This document shows positions 29,602 through 39,343 of a stretch of 64,000 nt of DNA, piece by piece. The first letter of the stretch is position 1, and each line of letters begins with the position of its first letter. The DNA is from Polyangiaceae bacterium (GTDB lineage Bacteria > Myxococcota_A > Polyangia > Polyangiales > Polyangiaceae). The stretch spans positions 63,005 through 127,004 of the forward strand of contig JBGANF010000007.1 in NCBI GenBank assembly GCA_044222475.1, read 5' to 3'. The position numbers and the translations under genes are program-made. A model generated the notes under the pieces. It did not search any database. It was not told the DNA's origin and saw only the letters and a program-made list of their open reading frames with translations.

Positions 29602-30801
29602 ATGGCGATCAAGCTCCACGTCGCTGGGCTCACCGACCCTGGAAAGATTCGGACCAACAACGAAGACGCCTTCGTCGTTGCCGACCTCAACGGCGACGGA
29701 AAAGCCGACGTCACCAAGCCGGCCGAGTTCGACGTCAAAGAGCGCGGCACCCTGCTCGCCGTTTCGGACGGCATGGGCGGGGAGGCAGCGGGCGAGGTCG
29801 CGAGCGCGCTCGTCGTCGAGACCCTGCGCGCAGTGCTCACCAAGGCCGCCCCCACCGACGAGGCGACCAACTCGGCGATCGCGAAGGCCGTCGAGCACGC
29901 GGTGAACAAGGCGAACGACGTCGTCTTCAAGGAATCGCGCTCGCCCGACAAGAAGGGCATGGGAGCGACGCTCACCGCCGTCTACATCCATGGCGACACC
30001 GCCTACATCGCGGAGGTCGGCGACTCGCGCGCGTACCTCGTCCGCGGCCGGCGTGTGCGCCAGATGACCAAGGACCAGAGCTTCGTGCAGCTCCTCCTCG
30101 ACAGCGGCGCGCTCACCCCCGAAGACGCCGAGAACTACCCGCACAAGAACCTCATCCTCCAGGCGATGGGTCAGAAGGACAAGGTGAGCGTCGCGCTCGG
30201 AAAGCTCGCGCTCCGCCGGAGCGATCGCCTCCTCATCTGCTCCGATGGCCTCTCGAACAAGGTCACTCCCGAGGAGATCAAGGAAGCGCTCCTCACCGGC
30301 GACCCGCTCGACGTGATCTGCAAGAAGCTCGTCGACCTCGCCAACGAGCGCGGCGGCGACGACAACATCACCCTCGTCGTCGCGCAGCTCGAAGGCGAAG
30401 GGCTCACGCCGTTCCGCGACGACGAGCGCGTCACCACCACCTTCGAGGTCGTCAAGGAGGGCCCCGGCGTCCCCGACGACGAGAAGAAGGAAGCCAAGAA
30501 GAAGAACGACGAGCCCAAGAAGGACGACGCCAAGAAGGACGACGCGGATCCCCCGGCCAAGGACGACGAGCCGACCGACGGGAAGCGCAAGAAGAAGAAG
30601 GAAGAGGCCAAGAAGAAGGCCGAAGAAGAGGACGACGAGGAAGAGGCTAAGGACGACGAAGACGAGGACGACGAGAAGAAGGCCATCGAGCCCAAGCCGC
30701 CCACGGAAGAAGAGCTCAAGTCGCGCCCGCTTCAGATGGTCGTCGCGGTGGTGATGATCGCCGTGATGATCGGCGTCTTCTATCTCATCCTCAAAGACTG
30801 A
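29602..30801 (+). CDS. PP2C-family Ser/Thr phosphatase with charged linker and C-terminal TM
   Basis: NNEDA, VSDGMGG, VGDSRAY, CSDGL, GGDDNIT. Confidence 0.95.
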   Translation: MAIKLHVAGLTDPGKIRTNNEDAFVVADLNGDGKADVTKPAEFDVKERGTLLAVSDGMGGEAAGEVASALVVETLRAVLTKAAPTDEATNSAIAKAVEHAVNKANDVVFKESRSPDKKGMGATLTAVYIHGDTAYIAEVGDSRAYLVRGRRVRQMTKDQSFVQLLLDSGALTPEDAENYPHKNLILQAMGQKDKVSVALGKLALRRSDRLLICSDGLSNKVTPEEIKEALLTGDPLDVICKKLVDLANERGGDDNITLVVAQLEGEGLTPFRDDERVTTTFEVVKEGPGVPDDEKKEAKKKNDEPKKDDAKKDDADPPAKDDEPTDGKRKKKKEEAKKKAEEEDDEEEAKDDEDEDDEKKAIEPKPPTEEELKSRPLQMVVAVVMIAVMIGVFYLILKD

Positions 30802-30814
30802 ACCTGCAGGCCGC

Positions 30815-31816
30815 ATGTGGAACGCCCACGGCAAGCGGCTGAGCAAGACTGCCCGCCTGGTGCAGCTCGCGTCGCTCGTCGTCGCTTGCGTGGTGGGGCT
30901 CTTGATCGGTGCGCGGAAGGTGCGGGCGAGCCGGGTGGACCCGCCCCTCCAGGCGCAGTCGGTCTTGGCCCACCCTCCGCCGGCGGGCGCAGCGCACGCG
31001 AAGGTCGGTCTCGTGCTCGTCGACGTGACCGGATACGACATCCACCGAGGCACGTTCGAGGCCGACCTCTTCGTGTCGCTGACGTCGGATCGACCGATGG
31101 GGCCGGTGTCGCTCGGCTTCAGCAACGGCAGCCATGCGACCACCGTGGTCCTCGCCGACACGCCGACGTTCAAGCTCTATCGCTCCCGGGTCGATCTCGT
31201 GAGCCCGATCGACCTCCGCGCGTATCCCTTCGACACGCAGCGGTTGACGGTGGAGCTGGAGGATACCCGCGCCGGCGTGGACCAGCTCGTGCTCGAGCCG
31301 GACGAGTCACGGACCGCGCTCGACGAAGGCTTCGACGTCGCCGGTTGGCGGGCCGGATCCATCGGTGCGAAGGCGTGGCGACACGCGTACCCGCCACGCT
31401 TCGACCGCGACGACCTCTACGTGTCGCGGTACCAGTTCACCCTCCAGATCGATCGTTATGGAACTTCGGCCGCGTTCGGCGTCTTCGTCCCACCGTTCAT
31501 CATCGTGTTCATCTCGCTCTTCGGGCTGTGGGTGTCTCCCGACCACATGACGGTTCGGACGAACGCCGGGCCGCCCATGCTCGCGGCGGCCGTGCTCTTC
31601 CACTATGCGCTCCTCGCGACGCTCCCCGAGACCGGCTACCTCATCCGCGCGGACAAGATCATGCTCTCGGTCTACGCGTCGATCTTCCTCAACATCGCGA
31701 CGACGCTCGTCGTGCTCACGGTCGACGGGAAGACCGTCGATCGGGTGCTCCGGATCGGCCGTACGTGGGTTCCGGCCGCCGTCGTCGTCATCATGATCGT
31801 GGGGAGCCTCGTGTGA
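30815..31816 (+). CDS. Prokaryotic pentameric ligand-gated ion channel homolog (GLIC/ELIC-like)
   Basis: Signal peptide, GTFEAD, DLRAYPFDTQ Pro-loop, four TMs with LPETGYL M2-M3 loop. Confidence 0.78.
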   Translation: MWNAHGKRLSKTARLVQLASLVVACVVGLLIGARKVRASRVDPPLQAQSVLAHPPPAGAAHAKVGLVLVDVTGYDIHRGTFEADLFVSLTSDRPMGPVSLGFSNGSHATTVVLADTPTFKLYRSRVDLVSPIDLRAYPFDTQRLTVELEDTRAGVDQLVLEPDESRTALDEGFDVAGWRAGSIGAKAWRHAYPPRFDRDDLYVSRYQFTLQIDRYGTSAAFGVFVPPFIIVFISLFGLWVSPDHMTVRTNAGPPMLAAAVLFHYALLATLPETGYLIRADKIMLSVYASIFLNIATTLVVLTVDGKTVDRVLRIGRTWVPAAVVVIMIVGSLV

Positions 31817-31828
31817 ACGAGCGCCGGT

Positions 31829-32836
31829 TCAGCTCTTCGCGATCTCGTCGCACAGCGCATCGGTGAACTGAGCCGTCGTCGCGGTGCCGCCGAGGTCGCC
31901 GGTGCGCACCTTCTTCTGCGAGTAGATCGACGTCAGCGCCTTCTCGATCTTCGTCGCCGTCGTGATCTCGCCGACGTGGCGGAGCATCATGATCGCGCTC
32001 TGAATCACCGCCGTCGGATTGGCGATCCCCTGCCCCGCGATGTCCGGTGCGCTGCCGTGCACGGCCTCGAAGACGGCCGCTTCCTTGCCGATGTTCGCGC
32101 CGGGGACGATCCCGAGGCCGCCGACGAGCCCCGCACCGAGGTCGGACAGAATGTCGCCGTAGAGGTTCTCGGTCACGATGACGTCGAGCTTGTTCGCGCT
32201 CTTCACCATCTGCATGGCGCACGCGTCGACGATGATCTCGGCTGGCTCGATCGTCGGGTGCTTCTGCGAGATTTTGCGGAAGCAGTCGAGGAGAAGCCCA
32301 TCGGAGAGCTTCATGATGTTCGCCTTGTGGACGACGGTGACGCGCTTGCGGCCGGTGCGCTCCGCGTACTCGAATGCGTAATCGCAGATGCGGTTGCAGC
32401 CTCGCTCGGTGATGAGCTTGATGGACTGCGCGATGCCCGGCATGATCATGAGCTCGAGGCCGGCGTAGAGATCTTCGGTGTTCTCGCGAACGATGACGAT
32501 GTCGGTACCTTCGAAGCGAGGCTCGACGCCGGGCAAGCTCCGGATGGGGCGCACGTTGGCGTAGAGATCGAGCGTCTGCCGCAGCGTCACGTTGACGCTC
32601 TTGAAGCCCTTGCCGATCGGCGTGCCGATGGGGCCTTTGAGCGCGACCTTGTTCTTGACGATCGAGTCGAGGACCTCCTGCGGGAGCGTCGTGCCGGTCT
32701 TCTCGGCGACCGCGGCGCCCGCGTTGAGGACCTCCCACTCGATCGCGACGCCGGCCGCCTCGAGGACCCGCTGCGTCGCAGCGCACACTTCGGGTCCGAT
32801 TCCGTCCCCCGGAATGAGAGTGATGGTGTGCTTCAC
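31829..32836 (-). CDS. Isocitrate/isopropylmalate dehydrogenase family, probably NAD-dependent isocitrate dehydrogenase
   Basis: IPGDGIGPEV, SVNVTLR, RENTE, HKANIMK, NLYGDILSD, FEAVHGSAPDIAG. Confidence 0.93.
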   Translation of the reverse strand: MKHTITLIPGDGIGPEVCAATQRVLEAAGVAIEWEVLNAGAAVAEKTGTTLPQEVLDSIVKNKVALKGPIGTPIGKGFKSVNVTLRQTLDLYANVRPIRSLPGVEPRFEGTDIVIVRENTEDLYAGLELMIMPGIAQSIKLITERGCNRICDYAFEYAERTGRKRVTVVHKANIMKLSDGLLLDCFRKISQKHPTIEPAEIIVDACAMQMVKSANKLDVIVTENLYGDILSDLGAGLVGGLGIVPGANIGKEAAVFEAVHGSAPDIAGQGIANPTAVIQSAIMMLRHVGEITTATKIEKALTSIYSQKKVRTGDLGGTATTAQFTDALCDEIAKS

Positions 32837-32868
32837 AGGACGAGCGAGTCTAGTACAAGGGGAAACCG

Positions 32869-33741
32869 ATGCGATCGTTTCGTACCTCCGGAAATGGCAT
32901 TTCGCTGAACGTCCTGGAGTGGCCAGCGGCGAACGGGGCGCCCGCCCTACCCACGGTGCTCCTCCTCCACGGCTTCATGGACGCGGCCGCGACGTGGGAT
33001 CTCGTCGCCCCCGCGCTCGCCGACCGAGGTCATCGCGTGCTCGCGCCCGACCTCCGCGGGTTCGGCGAGAGCGACGCCGTCCCGCTCGGCGGGTACTACC
33101 ACTTCCCCGACTACGTCGCCGACGTCGCGCGCCTCGTCACGGACCACGTGGAGGGCCCGCTCCACCTCGTCGGCCACTCGATGGGCGGCACGGTGGCAAC
33201 CCTGTACACCGGCGCGCGCCCCGAGCGCGTGACGAAGCTCGCGGTCCTCGAAGGCATCGGTCCGCCCGATCATCCTTACGAGGCCGCGCCCGTGCGCATG
33301 CGGCGCTGGTTGCACGAGCTCGATCACCAGCCGCCCCACGGCACCGCGGCAAAGTCGATGACGAACGCGGACGCCCTCGCGCGGCTGAAGACGAACCACG
33401 CGCGCATCGACGACACGGTGCTCCGCTCGCGCCTCGTTCACCTCACGCGCGCCGTCACCGGCGGAGGTCTCGCGTGGCGCTTCGATCCGCTCCACCGCAC
33501 GACCTCGCCGATGCCGTTCTTCTCGAAGGTCTTCGAAGCCTTCGCGAGGTCGATCACGTGCCCGGTCCTCTACGTCAGCGGCGGCCCGCTGGGCTACCGA
33601 ACGCCGGACGAAGACGAACGCCTCGCCGCGTTCGCGAACCTCACCCGCGTCGACCTACCCGACGCGGGTCACATGATGCACTGGACCGCACCCGATCAGC
33701 TGATCGCGACGCTCGGAGAGTTTCTCAGAAGCACACCTTGA
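32869..33741 (+). CDS. Alpha/beta-fold hydrolase
   Basis: LLHGF, DLRGFGES, GHSMGG nucleophile elbow, AGHMMH. Confidence 0.92.
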   Translation: MRSFRTSGNGISLNVLEWPAANGAPALPTVLLLHGFMDAAATWDLVAPALADRGHRVLAPDLRGFGESDAVPLGGYYHFPDYVADVARLVTDHVEGPLHLVGHSMGGTVATLYTGARPERVTKLAVLEGIGPPDHPYEAAPVRMRRWLHELDHQPPHGTAAKSMTNADALARLKTNHARIDDTVLRSRLVHLTRAVTGGGLAWRFDPLHRTTSPMPFFSKVFEAFARSITCPVLYVSGGPLGYRTPDEDERLAAFANLTRVDLPDAGHMMHWTAPDQLIATLGEFLRSTP

Positions 33742-34390
33742 GCCCCTGGCCGTTGGGGATCGCGATGCAGTTCTGTTGCGGCTTGCACTCGGCCTTGGTC
33801 TGGCAGAGCTGAACGCCGTTCGGCGGACCGGGGCAGAAGCTCTGGCAGCTCGCGCCGCCTTGACCGGCGCAGCAGACCTGCCCCTTGGAGCAGCTCGCGC
33901 TGCTGGTGCAGGTGAGCGGAACGCCACCGACGCAGGTGCCGTTGGGAACGCACGACACCGACTGTTGCTTCACGCAGCAGACCTGAACCCCGGTGATGCA
34001 GTTCTGGTTGCCGCAGTTGAACGTGGGCGGAGGCGGACCCGCGTCGATCGGCGGCGGCGGCGGCGGACCGCCGTCGAACGGGGGCGGCGGCGGCGGGCCG
34101 CCATCGAACGGCGGCGGCGGAGGCGGACCCGCGTCGATCGGCGGCGGCGGCGGCGGCGGGTCTGCGTCGAAATCGGGCGGCGGCGGGAACGCGTCGAAGT
34201 CCGGCGGCGGCGGGAACGCGTCGAAGTCCGGCGGCGGCGGAAAGGCATCGCCGTTGGGCGGCGGGATCACGTCCGACGTAGAGCCGTCGGGGAGGACCGA
34301 GCCGTCGTAGTCGTCACCGATGGTTCGCCCTCCGCAGGCGACGAGGGCGAGAGCGCAAGCCGACAAGGCGAAGAGATGCGAGGTACGCAT
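33725..34390 (-). CDS. Pro-rich-stalk, Cys-rich lipoprotein
   Basis: Lipobox LVAC; PPPPDFDAF and PPPPPPxDxG repeats; Cys-rich C-terminal domain. Confidence 0.85.
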   Translation of the reverse strand: MRTSHLFALSACALALVACGGRTIGDDYDGSVLPDGSTSDVIPPPNGDAFPPPPDFDAFPPPPDFDAFPPPPDFDADPPPPPPPIDAGPPPPPPFDGGPPPPPPFDGGPPPPPPIDAGPPPPTFNCGNQNCITGVQVCCVKQQSVSCVPNGTCVGGVPLTCTSSASCSKGQVCCAGQGGASCQSFCPGPPNGVQLCQTKAECKPQQNCIAIPNGQGLKVCF

Positions 34391-34448
34391 GGGTGCGAAA
34401 CCGTAGCGCGAATTCCGGACCCCCGCCAGAAACGCAGAGGCCCGGGTT

Positions 34449-35768
34449 TCAGGCGCCTTTCCAGCCTTTGGCCACGTCCGCGAGTCGCTTGTCCTCGCCC
34501 TTGTCGAGGAGCCCGACGGCGACGACGTTGAGCCGACTCGGCTCGGCAATGCGCTTGGCCACGCGCACGACGTCGTCGCGGGTGACGGCGACGGTGCGCG
34601 CCAGTCGATCGTCGAGCGTCTCGAAGCGATCGAACAGATGTCCGCCGGCGTAGAACCCCGCGAGCTCCTCGGCGGAGTCCCGCATCGACGAGAGCTCCCA
34701 CCGATGACGCGCGCGAACCTTCTCGAGCTCTTCGTCGGTGGGTCCTTCGCGCGCGAGCTCCTCGACCATGCCGAGGATCTCCCGAGCGACCTTGGCGGTG
34801 CGCTGGTGCTGCGTGCCGGCGGCGAAGTCGATCACGCCGTCGTCCTCGTAGCCGTCGTACGCCGCGCTCACGTCGTAGCAGAGGCCCTGCGCGTCGCAGA
34901 TGCGGTGGTAGAGCCTCGTCGACATCCCGTCGTCGACGAGCCGCATGAACACGTCGAGCGCAGGGCGATCCGGATCGGTCTCGGGGATGCCGCGGAGGCA
35001 CACGCGGAGCTCGGTCTGGCTCGATACGTTCTCGACGATGCGCATGCGCGGCTTCTTCTGCGACCGCGGCGGCGGAACGGCAGGGAGGCGCTCTCCCGGC
35101 GGGACTCGCCCGAAGCTCGCCTCGAGGCGATCGACTGCGCGCGCGCCCGCGCTCTGCGCGTTCGCGCCGGCGAGCGCACCGCTCGCGACGACGACGACGC
35201 CGGCGCCGCGGTAGTGCGACTCGTGATGGCGGCGCAGCGCGATCTCGTCGAACGATCGCACGCGCGCTTCGTCGCCGGTGATCGTGTAGCCGAGCGGGTG
35301 GTCCGGGTAGATGAGCTCGCGCGAGAGGTTGTCCGCATCGACCTGCCGACCTTCGTCGTCGAGGTCCTCGAGGATCTCCTCGCAGACGATGCCCTGCTCG
35401 ATCCCCACGTCGTGGAACGCGGGCTCGGCGAGGACCTCCGCGAAGAGGCTCACCGCTTCGTCGAAGTTCTCCGGCGGGAGCGAGACCGAGAACACGCCGT
35501 AGTCGACCTGGGTCGCGGCGTAGAGCGAGCCGCCGAGCCGCTCGAACGCGTAGTTCACCGCGTGGGCCGAGCGAAGACGCTCCGTGCCGCGGTAGATCAT
35601 GTGCTCGAGGAAGTGGCTCAGGCCGTTGGTCTTCTCGTCCTCGAAGCGGGAGCCGACGCGCACGTACGCCGCGACGTGCGCGCGGTGAAGGTGCGGCTGC
35701 GGGACGGCGACGAGCCGAACTCCCGAGGGGAGCACGCGCGTCGACCAGTCCACGGCGAAGGCGGTCAT
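34449..35768 (-). CDS. M16-family (pitrilysin-like) zinc peptidase
   Basis: VGSRFE...GLSHFLEHM inverted zinc motif; STRLY..I...GLCY. Confidence 0.93.
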   Translation of the reverse strand: MTAFAVDWSTRVLPSGVRLVAVPQPHLHRAHVAAYVRVGSRFEDEKTNGLSHFLEHMIYRGTERLRSAHAVNYAFERLGGSLYAATQVDYGVFSVSLPPENFDEAVSLFAEVLAEPAFHDVGIEQGIVCEEILEDLDDEGRQVDADNLSRELIYPDHPLGYTITGDEARVRSFDEIALRRHHESHYRGAGVVVVASGALAGANAQSAGARAVDRLEASFGRVPPGERLPAVPPPRSQKKPRMRIVENVSSQTELRVCLRGIPETDPDRPALDVFMRLVDDGMSTRLYHRICDAQGLCYDVSAAYDGYEDDGVIDFAAGTQHQRTAKVAREILGMVEELAREGPTDEELEKVRARHRWELSSMRDSAEELAGFYAGGHLFDRFETLDDRLARTVAVTRDDVVRVAKRIAEPSRLNVVAVGLLDKGEDKRLADVAKGWKGA

Positions 35769-35784
35769 CAGCGCAAGTGTAGCG

Positions 35785-37620
35785 TCAGGGCTCTTCGTCT
35801 TCGACGACGCCGCCGTCCGACTTGTATTGCGACATGTAGTTCTCGTCCTTGGAGATGTCGGCCTTGGACGCGTCCTTCAAGCGCTTCATGTAGATCGCGA
35901 GGGCGGCGGCTTGGCGCGCGCCGAGGAGCGTCTGCATGTACGTGTCGCGGTCTTTGTCGAACTCGTCCTTGGTGGCCGACTTGTGCTCCTTGATCTGGAC
36001 CACGTAGAAGGGCCCGTCGGTCTTGACGGGATCGGGGAACACGTCGCCGTCCTTCGCGGTCGCCGCGAAGGTGAAATCGAGGATCTTCCCGAGGTCGCCG
36101 GGGCTCACGCCGCGCAGCGGATCGCCGCCGCGGTTGAACGATCCCGACGTCGCCATCACCGGACGATCGGCGTCGGTCTGCGGATCGAGCTCCTTCTTCG
36201 CCGCCGGCTTGGGCGCCGCCCCGGCGTCGGCCGGCTTCGGAGCACCCGCGTCGCTCGCGGCTGCGACCCCAGCGTCGGGGGCGCCGTGCGAGACGGTCGG
36301 ATCGAGCGTGATGCCGAGCAGCGGGATCGGCTTCACCGTGCCGAGCGCCTCTTTGACGACGTCGTCGCTGGTCTTGCCCGCCTTGATGCCGGCGACGAGC
36401 TTGGCGGCGAGGTCGCGCCCCGCGGCGTCGACCTTCGAATCCAGGTACATCTCGCGTTTGACGTCCGCCTCGAGGCGGTTCGGGTCGTCGCGCATGATGA
36501 CGTGGTAGCCGAACTGGCTCTCGATCAGCGTTGCCGTCATCTCGCCCGGCTTGAGCGCGTCGGCCGCCTTCTTGAACGAAGCGACGAACGCGTCGGTCTT
36601 GTCGCCGACGTCGCCGCCCTGCTCTTTGCTGCCGTCTTCGGAGACGTCCTTGGCGACGGTGTAGAAGCGCTCGCCGCGACGAATGCGAACGACGGCGGCG
36701 GTCAGCTTCTCGACCGCCTTCTCGTGCTCCTCGGCGCTCGCGGTCGGCGCGACCTTGATGAGGATGTGGCGGACGTGACCTTCCTTGATCGCGCCGGGCT
36801 CGGTCTTCTTCGCGTTGACCGCGTCGGTGACCGGCTTCGTGTTGACGGGTTCCTTCGCCCACGCGTCGACCTCGGCGTCCGTCGGCGTCGCCACCAGCCA
36901 GCGCTCGACGAACGGGCGCTCGACTGCGACGTAGCTCAAGGTCGCGTTGCTCTTCTCCTCGAGGTAGCTCTCGAGCGCCTCGGCTTCGCTCACGCGAACC
37001 GGAGCCTTGATGAGGTCGCGCATCTTCCCGGCGAGGAGCTCGCGCTCCTGCTGCTCGCGGAACTCGGCGGGGGAGCGATCGATGAGGTTCTTCAGCTGGC
37101 GCTGGTAGGCCTTCTGATCGACGAAGTCCTTGGTCTTCGGGTCGTGGAAGAAGACGGCGGGGCGGTTCTTCTGGAAGTCCCAGACGATGCCGTCGACGAT
37201 GCCCATGCGCTGAGCGCGCTCGTAGTCGTCCGCTGGGAGGCTGATGCGGATGGTCCCGGCGACGAGCGACTCGTCGACCTCGGCGTCGGTCACGGTGAGT
37301 CCGATGCGCTCGGCCTCGCTGACGAGGAGCTCGCGCTCGATGAGACCGTCGAGGACGAGGCCGGGCAGCCCGAGGGCCTTCGCGCGACCGAAGTCGCGCG
37401 CGCCCGAGTTGTCCCGCGGGATGACGAGCAGGAACGCGGACTTGTGGTCCTTCGGCTCGATGCAGGAGCCACGGACGCGGGCGGCGCACACCTGCGAGAG
37501 GCTCGCGGACTTCTTGCCTGCGCTCGGGTTGAACTGGATCACGAACACCAGCACGGTGGCGACGATGACGGCGCCCATGACGATGCTGGAAAGACCACGG
37601 TTTCGAAGCAGGTCGATCAT
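35785..37620 (-). CDS. PpiD/SurA-like peptidyl-prolyl isomerase
   Basis: N-terminal TM, SurA-like region, parvulin motifs VRHILI, SED.S...GGDVG, SQFGYHVI. Confidence 0.88.
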   Translation of the reverse strand: MIDLLRNRGLSSIVMGAVIVATVLVFVIQFNPSAGKKSASLSQVCAARVRGSCIEPKDHKSAFLLVIPRDNSGARDFGRAKALGLPGLVLDGLIERELLVSEAERIGLTVTDAEVDESLVAGTIRISLPADDYERAQRMGIVDGIVWDFQKNRPAVFFHDPKTKDFVDQKAYQRQLKNLIDRSPAEFREQQERELLAGKMRDLIKAPVRVSEAEALESYLEEKSNATLSYVAVERPFVERWLVATPTDAEVDAWAKEPVNTKPVTDAVNAKKTEPGAIKEGHVRHILIKVAPTASAEEHEKAVEKLTAAVVRIRRGERFYTVAKDVSEDGSKEQGGDVGDKTDAFVASFKKAADALKPGEMTATLIESQFGYHVIMRDDPNRLEADVKREMYLDSKVDAAGRDLAAKLVAGIKAGKTSDDVVKEALGTVKPIPLLGITLDPTVSHGAPDAGVAAASDAGAPKPADAGAAPKPAAKKELDPQTDADRPVMATSGSFNRGGDPLRGVSPGDLGKILDFTFAATAKDGDVFPDPVKTDGPFYVVQIKEHKSATKDEFDKDRDTYMQTLLGARQAAALAIYMKRLKDASKADISKDENYMSQYKSDGGVVEDEEP

Positions 37621-37692
37621 CGCGGGGGATGGCTTCTAACACCCCTCCGCCCGGCCCGCATCAATTGTTAGCCGGCCGACAACTCTGGGAAG

Positions 37693-38127
37693 TCAGCGCT
37701 CGCGGTCGGCCGTCTTCGCTGCCGCGAGGGCGTGACCGATGGGCGCCACGATCGCGTCGAAGCCGTCGGCCTCGCGGTGAAAGGTGACCTCGACGAAGGT
37801 GTCGAGCGTGCGCGCCGGGTCGGTCGGGTCGGTCACCTTCGACGACTGGGTGCTGTGCTCGGCGAAGCCGTTGGCCCGCAGGTCCGCGGCGAGCGCCCGC
37901 ACCCGCTCGGTGAGGGCCACGTCGCTCTCGCCCGGGAATTCTCCCCGCCGCACGGCGAGGACGACGCGGACCTCGAGTCGTCCCCCGCCCGCGAGGCGAA
38001 CCCGGACCCCGGAGTCCATGATGAGGTTGTCGCGGACGCGCTCGGCGAGGACGACCTCGTCCCCCAAGGTCCGGTACACCTCGAACCCCGCGGCCGACAG
38101 GGCTTTTTTGAGTTCTTGGGGAGTCAC
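37693..38127 (-). CDS. Hypothetical protein
   Basis: 144-aa ORF with host-like codon usage. Confidence 0.75.
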   Translation of the reverse strand: MTPQELKKALSAAGFEVYRTLGDEVVLAERVRDNLIMDSGVRVRLAGGGRLEVRVVLAVRRGEFPGESDVALTERVRALAADLRANGFAEHSTQSSKVTDPTDPARTLDTFVEVTFHREADGFDAIVAPIGHALAAAKTADRER

Positions 38128-38310
38128 GCGGTGCCCTTCCCTAGTACCTCAAGTCCCGACCGACAGGCCGAAAATCGGGGGACGAGGCGAGAATGACGCA
38201 AGAATGACGCAAGGATGGCGTCGAATGTCGGACAGGAGTGCCGACACTGAAAGAAACGCGGCACCCGCCGCGTTCCAGCCGTGAAGTAGAACTAACCACC
38301 CGAAACCGCT

Positions 38311-38703
38311 ATGATGCTCCAAGTGAAAAACCGCAAACACCTCACCCCCAGCGCCGGCGTCCCCGCGGTGGATGGCGCGCACGCGATGCGCCGGGGTGGC
38401 GCGCGGCACGAGGTGACGGAGCGGATCCACCTCCTGGGCCCGAACCTCAAGTCTCGCGAGGGTTGGGCCCTGAACGTGAGCCGAGGGGGCGTGCGAGCCA
38501 TCCTCGAGGAGCGGGTCGAGCTCGGCGAGGAGTACGAGGTCACCATCGGCGACGGGAGCGAGTCACCGCTCGCGCGCCGTGGCCGCGTGGTCTGGGTCCA
38601 AGAAGAGCCCGACGGCTGCATCGCCGGCTTCGAGTTCATCTACCCAACCACCCCGCCTTCGGGCTCCCACCCGTCGGCGAAGCCCCCTGCCCCAGAAGAG
38701 TGA
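38311..38703 (+). CDS. PilZ-domain protein
   Basis: RRGGAR, NVSRGG, GRVVW, GFEF motifs; start uncertain. Confidence 0.82.
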   Translation: MMLQVKNRKHLTPSAGVPAVDGAHAMRRGGARHEVTERIHLLGPNLKSREGWALNVSRGGVRAILEERVELGEEYEVTIGDGSESPLARRGRVVWVQEEPDGCIAGFEFIYPTTPPSGSHPSAKPPAPEE

Positions 38704-38704
38704 G

Positions 38705-39196
38705 ATGGCGTCCGCGAAGACCATGCTTCCCCAGTGCGGCCTCTACCGCACGACGAAACCGCTGCCCGATCACGAGACCGAGATTCCCGCCGGGACGCTG
38801 ATCTACTTCCACAACCACTCCGACGCCGGGTTGCCGGTCGCGATCGCGCCCGAGCACAACATCATGAACCGCTGGCACTTCCACGGCAGCGGCATCCCGT
38901 TCCGCGGCCTCGCGTGGGCCGACAGCCTCGTGCGACTGCCGCAAGAAGGCTTCTACACCCTGCGGAAGGGCCTCGAGTTCGACGGCGGCAGTTGGCCGAA
39001 AGGCACGTTGGTGCAGCTCGGATACACGCGCACCGGCGATCCGATCCTCTTCATCGCGCAGCTGCGCGGCGTGATGGAAGAGAACGATCTCTTCTTCTCC
39101 GATCGAGGAGTCGGCATCGCGCGAGAGCAGCTGGCGCTGCTCGAGCTGGTGAACGTCTACGTCGAGCCGCAGGAACACGGCACGGGGCAGCACTGA
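38705..39196 (+). CDS. Hypothetical protein
   Basis: ATG 38705 just after the PilZ stop; host-like codon usage. Confidence 0.78.
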   Translation: MASAKTMLPQCGLYRTTKPLPDHETEIPAGTLIYFHNHSDAGLPVAIAPEHNIMNRWHFHGSGIPFRGLAWADSLVRLPQEGFYTLRKGLEFDGGSWPKGTLVQLGYTRTGDPILFIAQLRGVMEENDLFFSDRGVGIAREQLALLELVNVYVEPQEHGTGQH

Positions 39197-39209
39197 CGCT
39201 ACGCTTCGC

Positions 39210-39343
39210 CGAGAGTTCCAAGACTGCGGGCGTAGTTCACTCTCGTGAGGGCGATTGCATCGCCCTCGGGTGCTTCGCACCCTCACCCCACGCGGTCACC
39301 TTCGTCGCTCCGCTCCTCGGTGACCCGAACGGGGGCTGCCGCC
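39210..39343. repeat. Cluster of short palindromes (REP-like) between convergent genes
   Basis: GAGGGCGAT-TGC-ATCGCCCTC, GGGTGC-TTC-GCACCC, GGTCACC...GGTGACC, and GGGGGC-TGCC-GCCCCC (last one split by the IS). Confidence 0.7.

Noticed and set aside
29680..29712. ADLNGDGKADV in the PP2C looks like an FG-GAP calcium repeat
   Set aside because: Single occurrence in a variable loop; not enough to call a domain
30480..30720. Lys/Glu/Asp low-complexity tract as a repeat element
   Set aside because: Ordinary disordered linker before the TM, with no fixed periodicity
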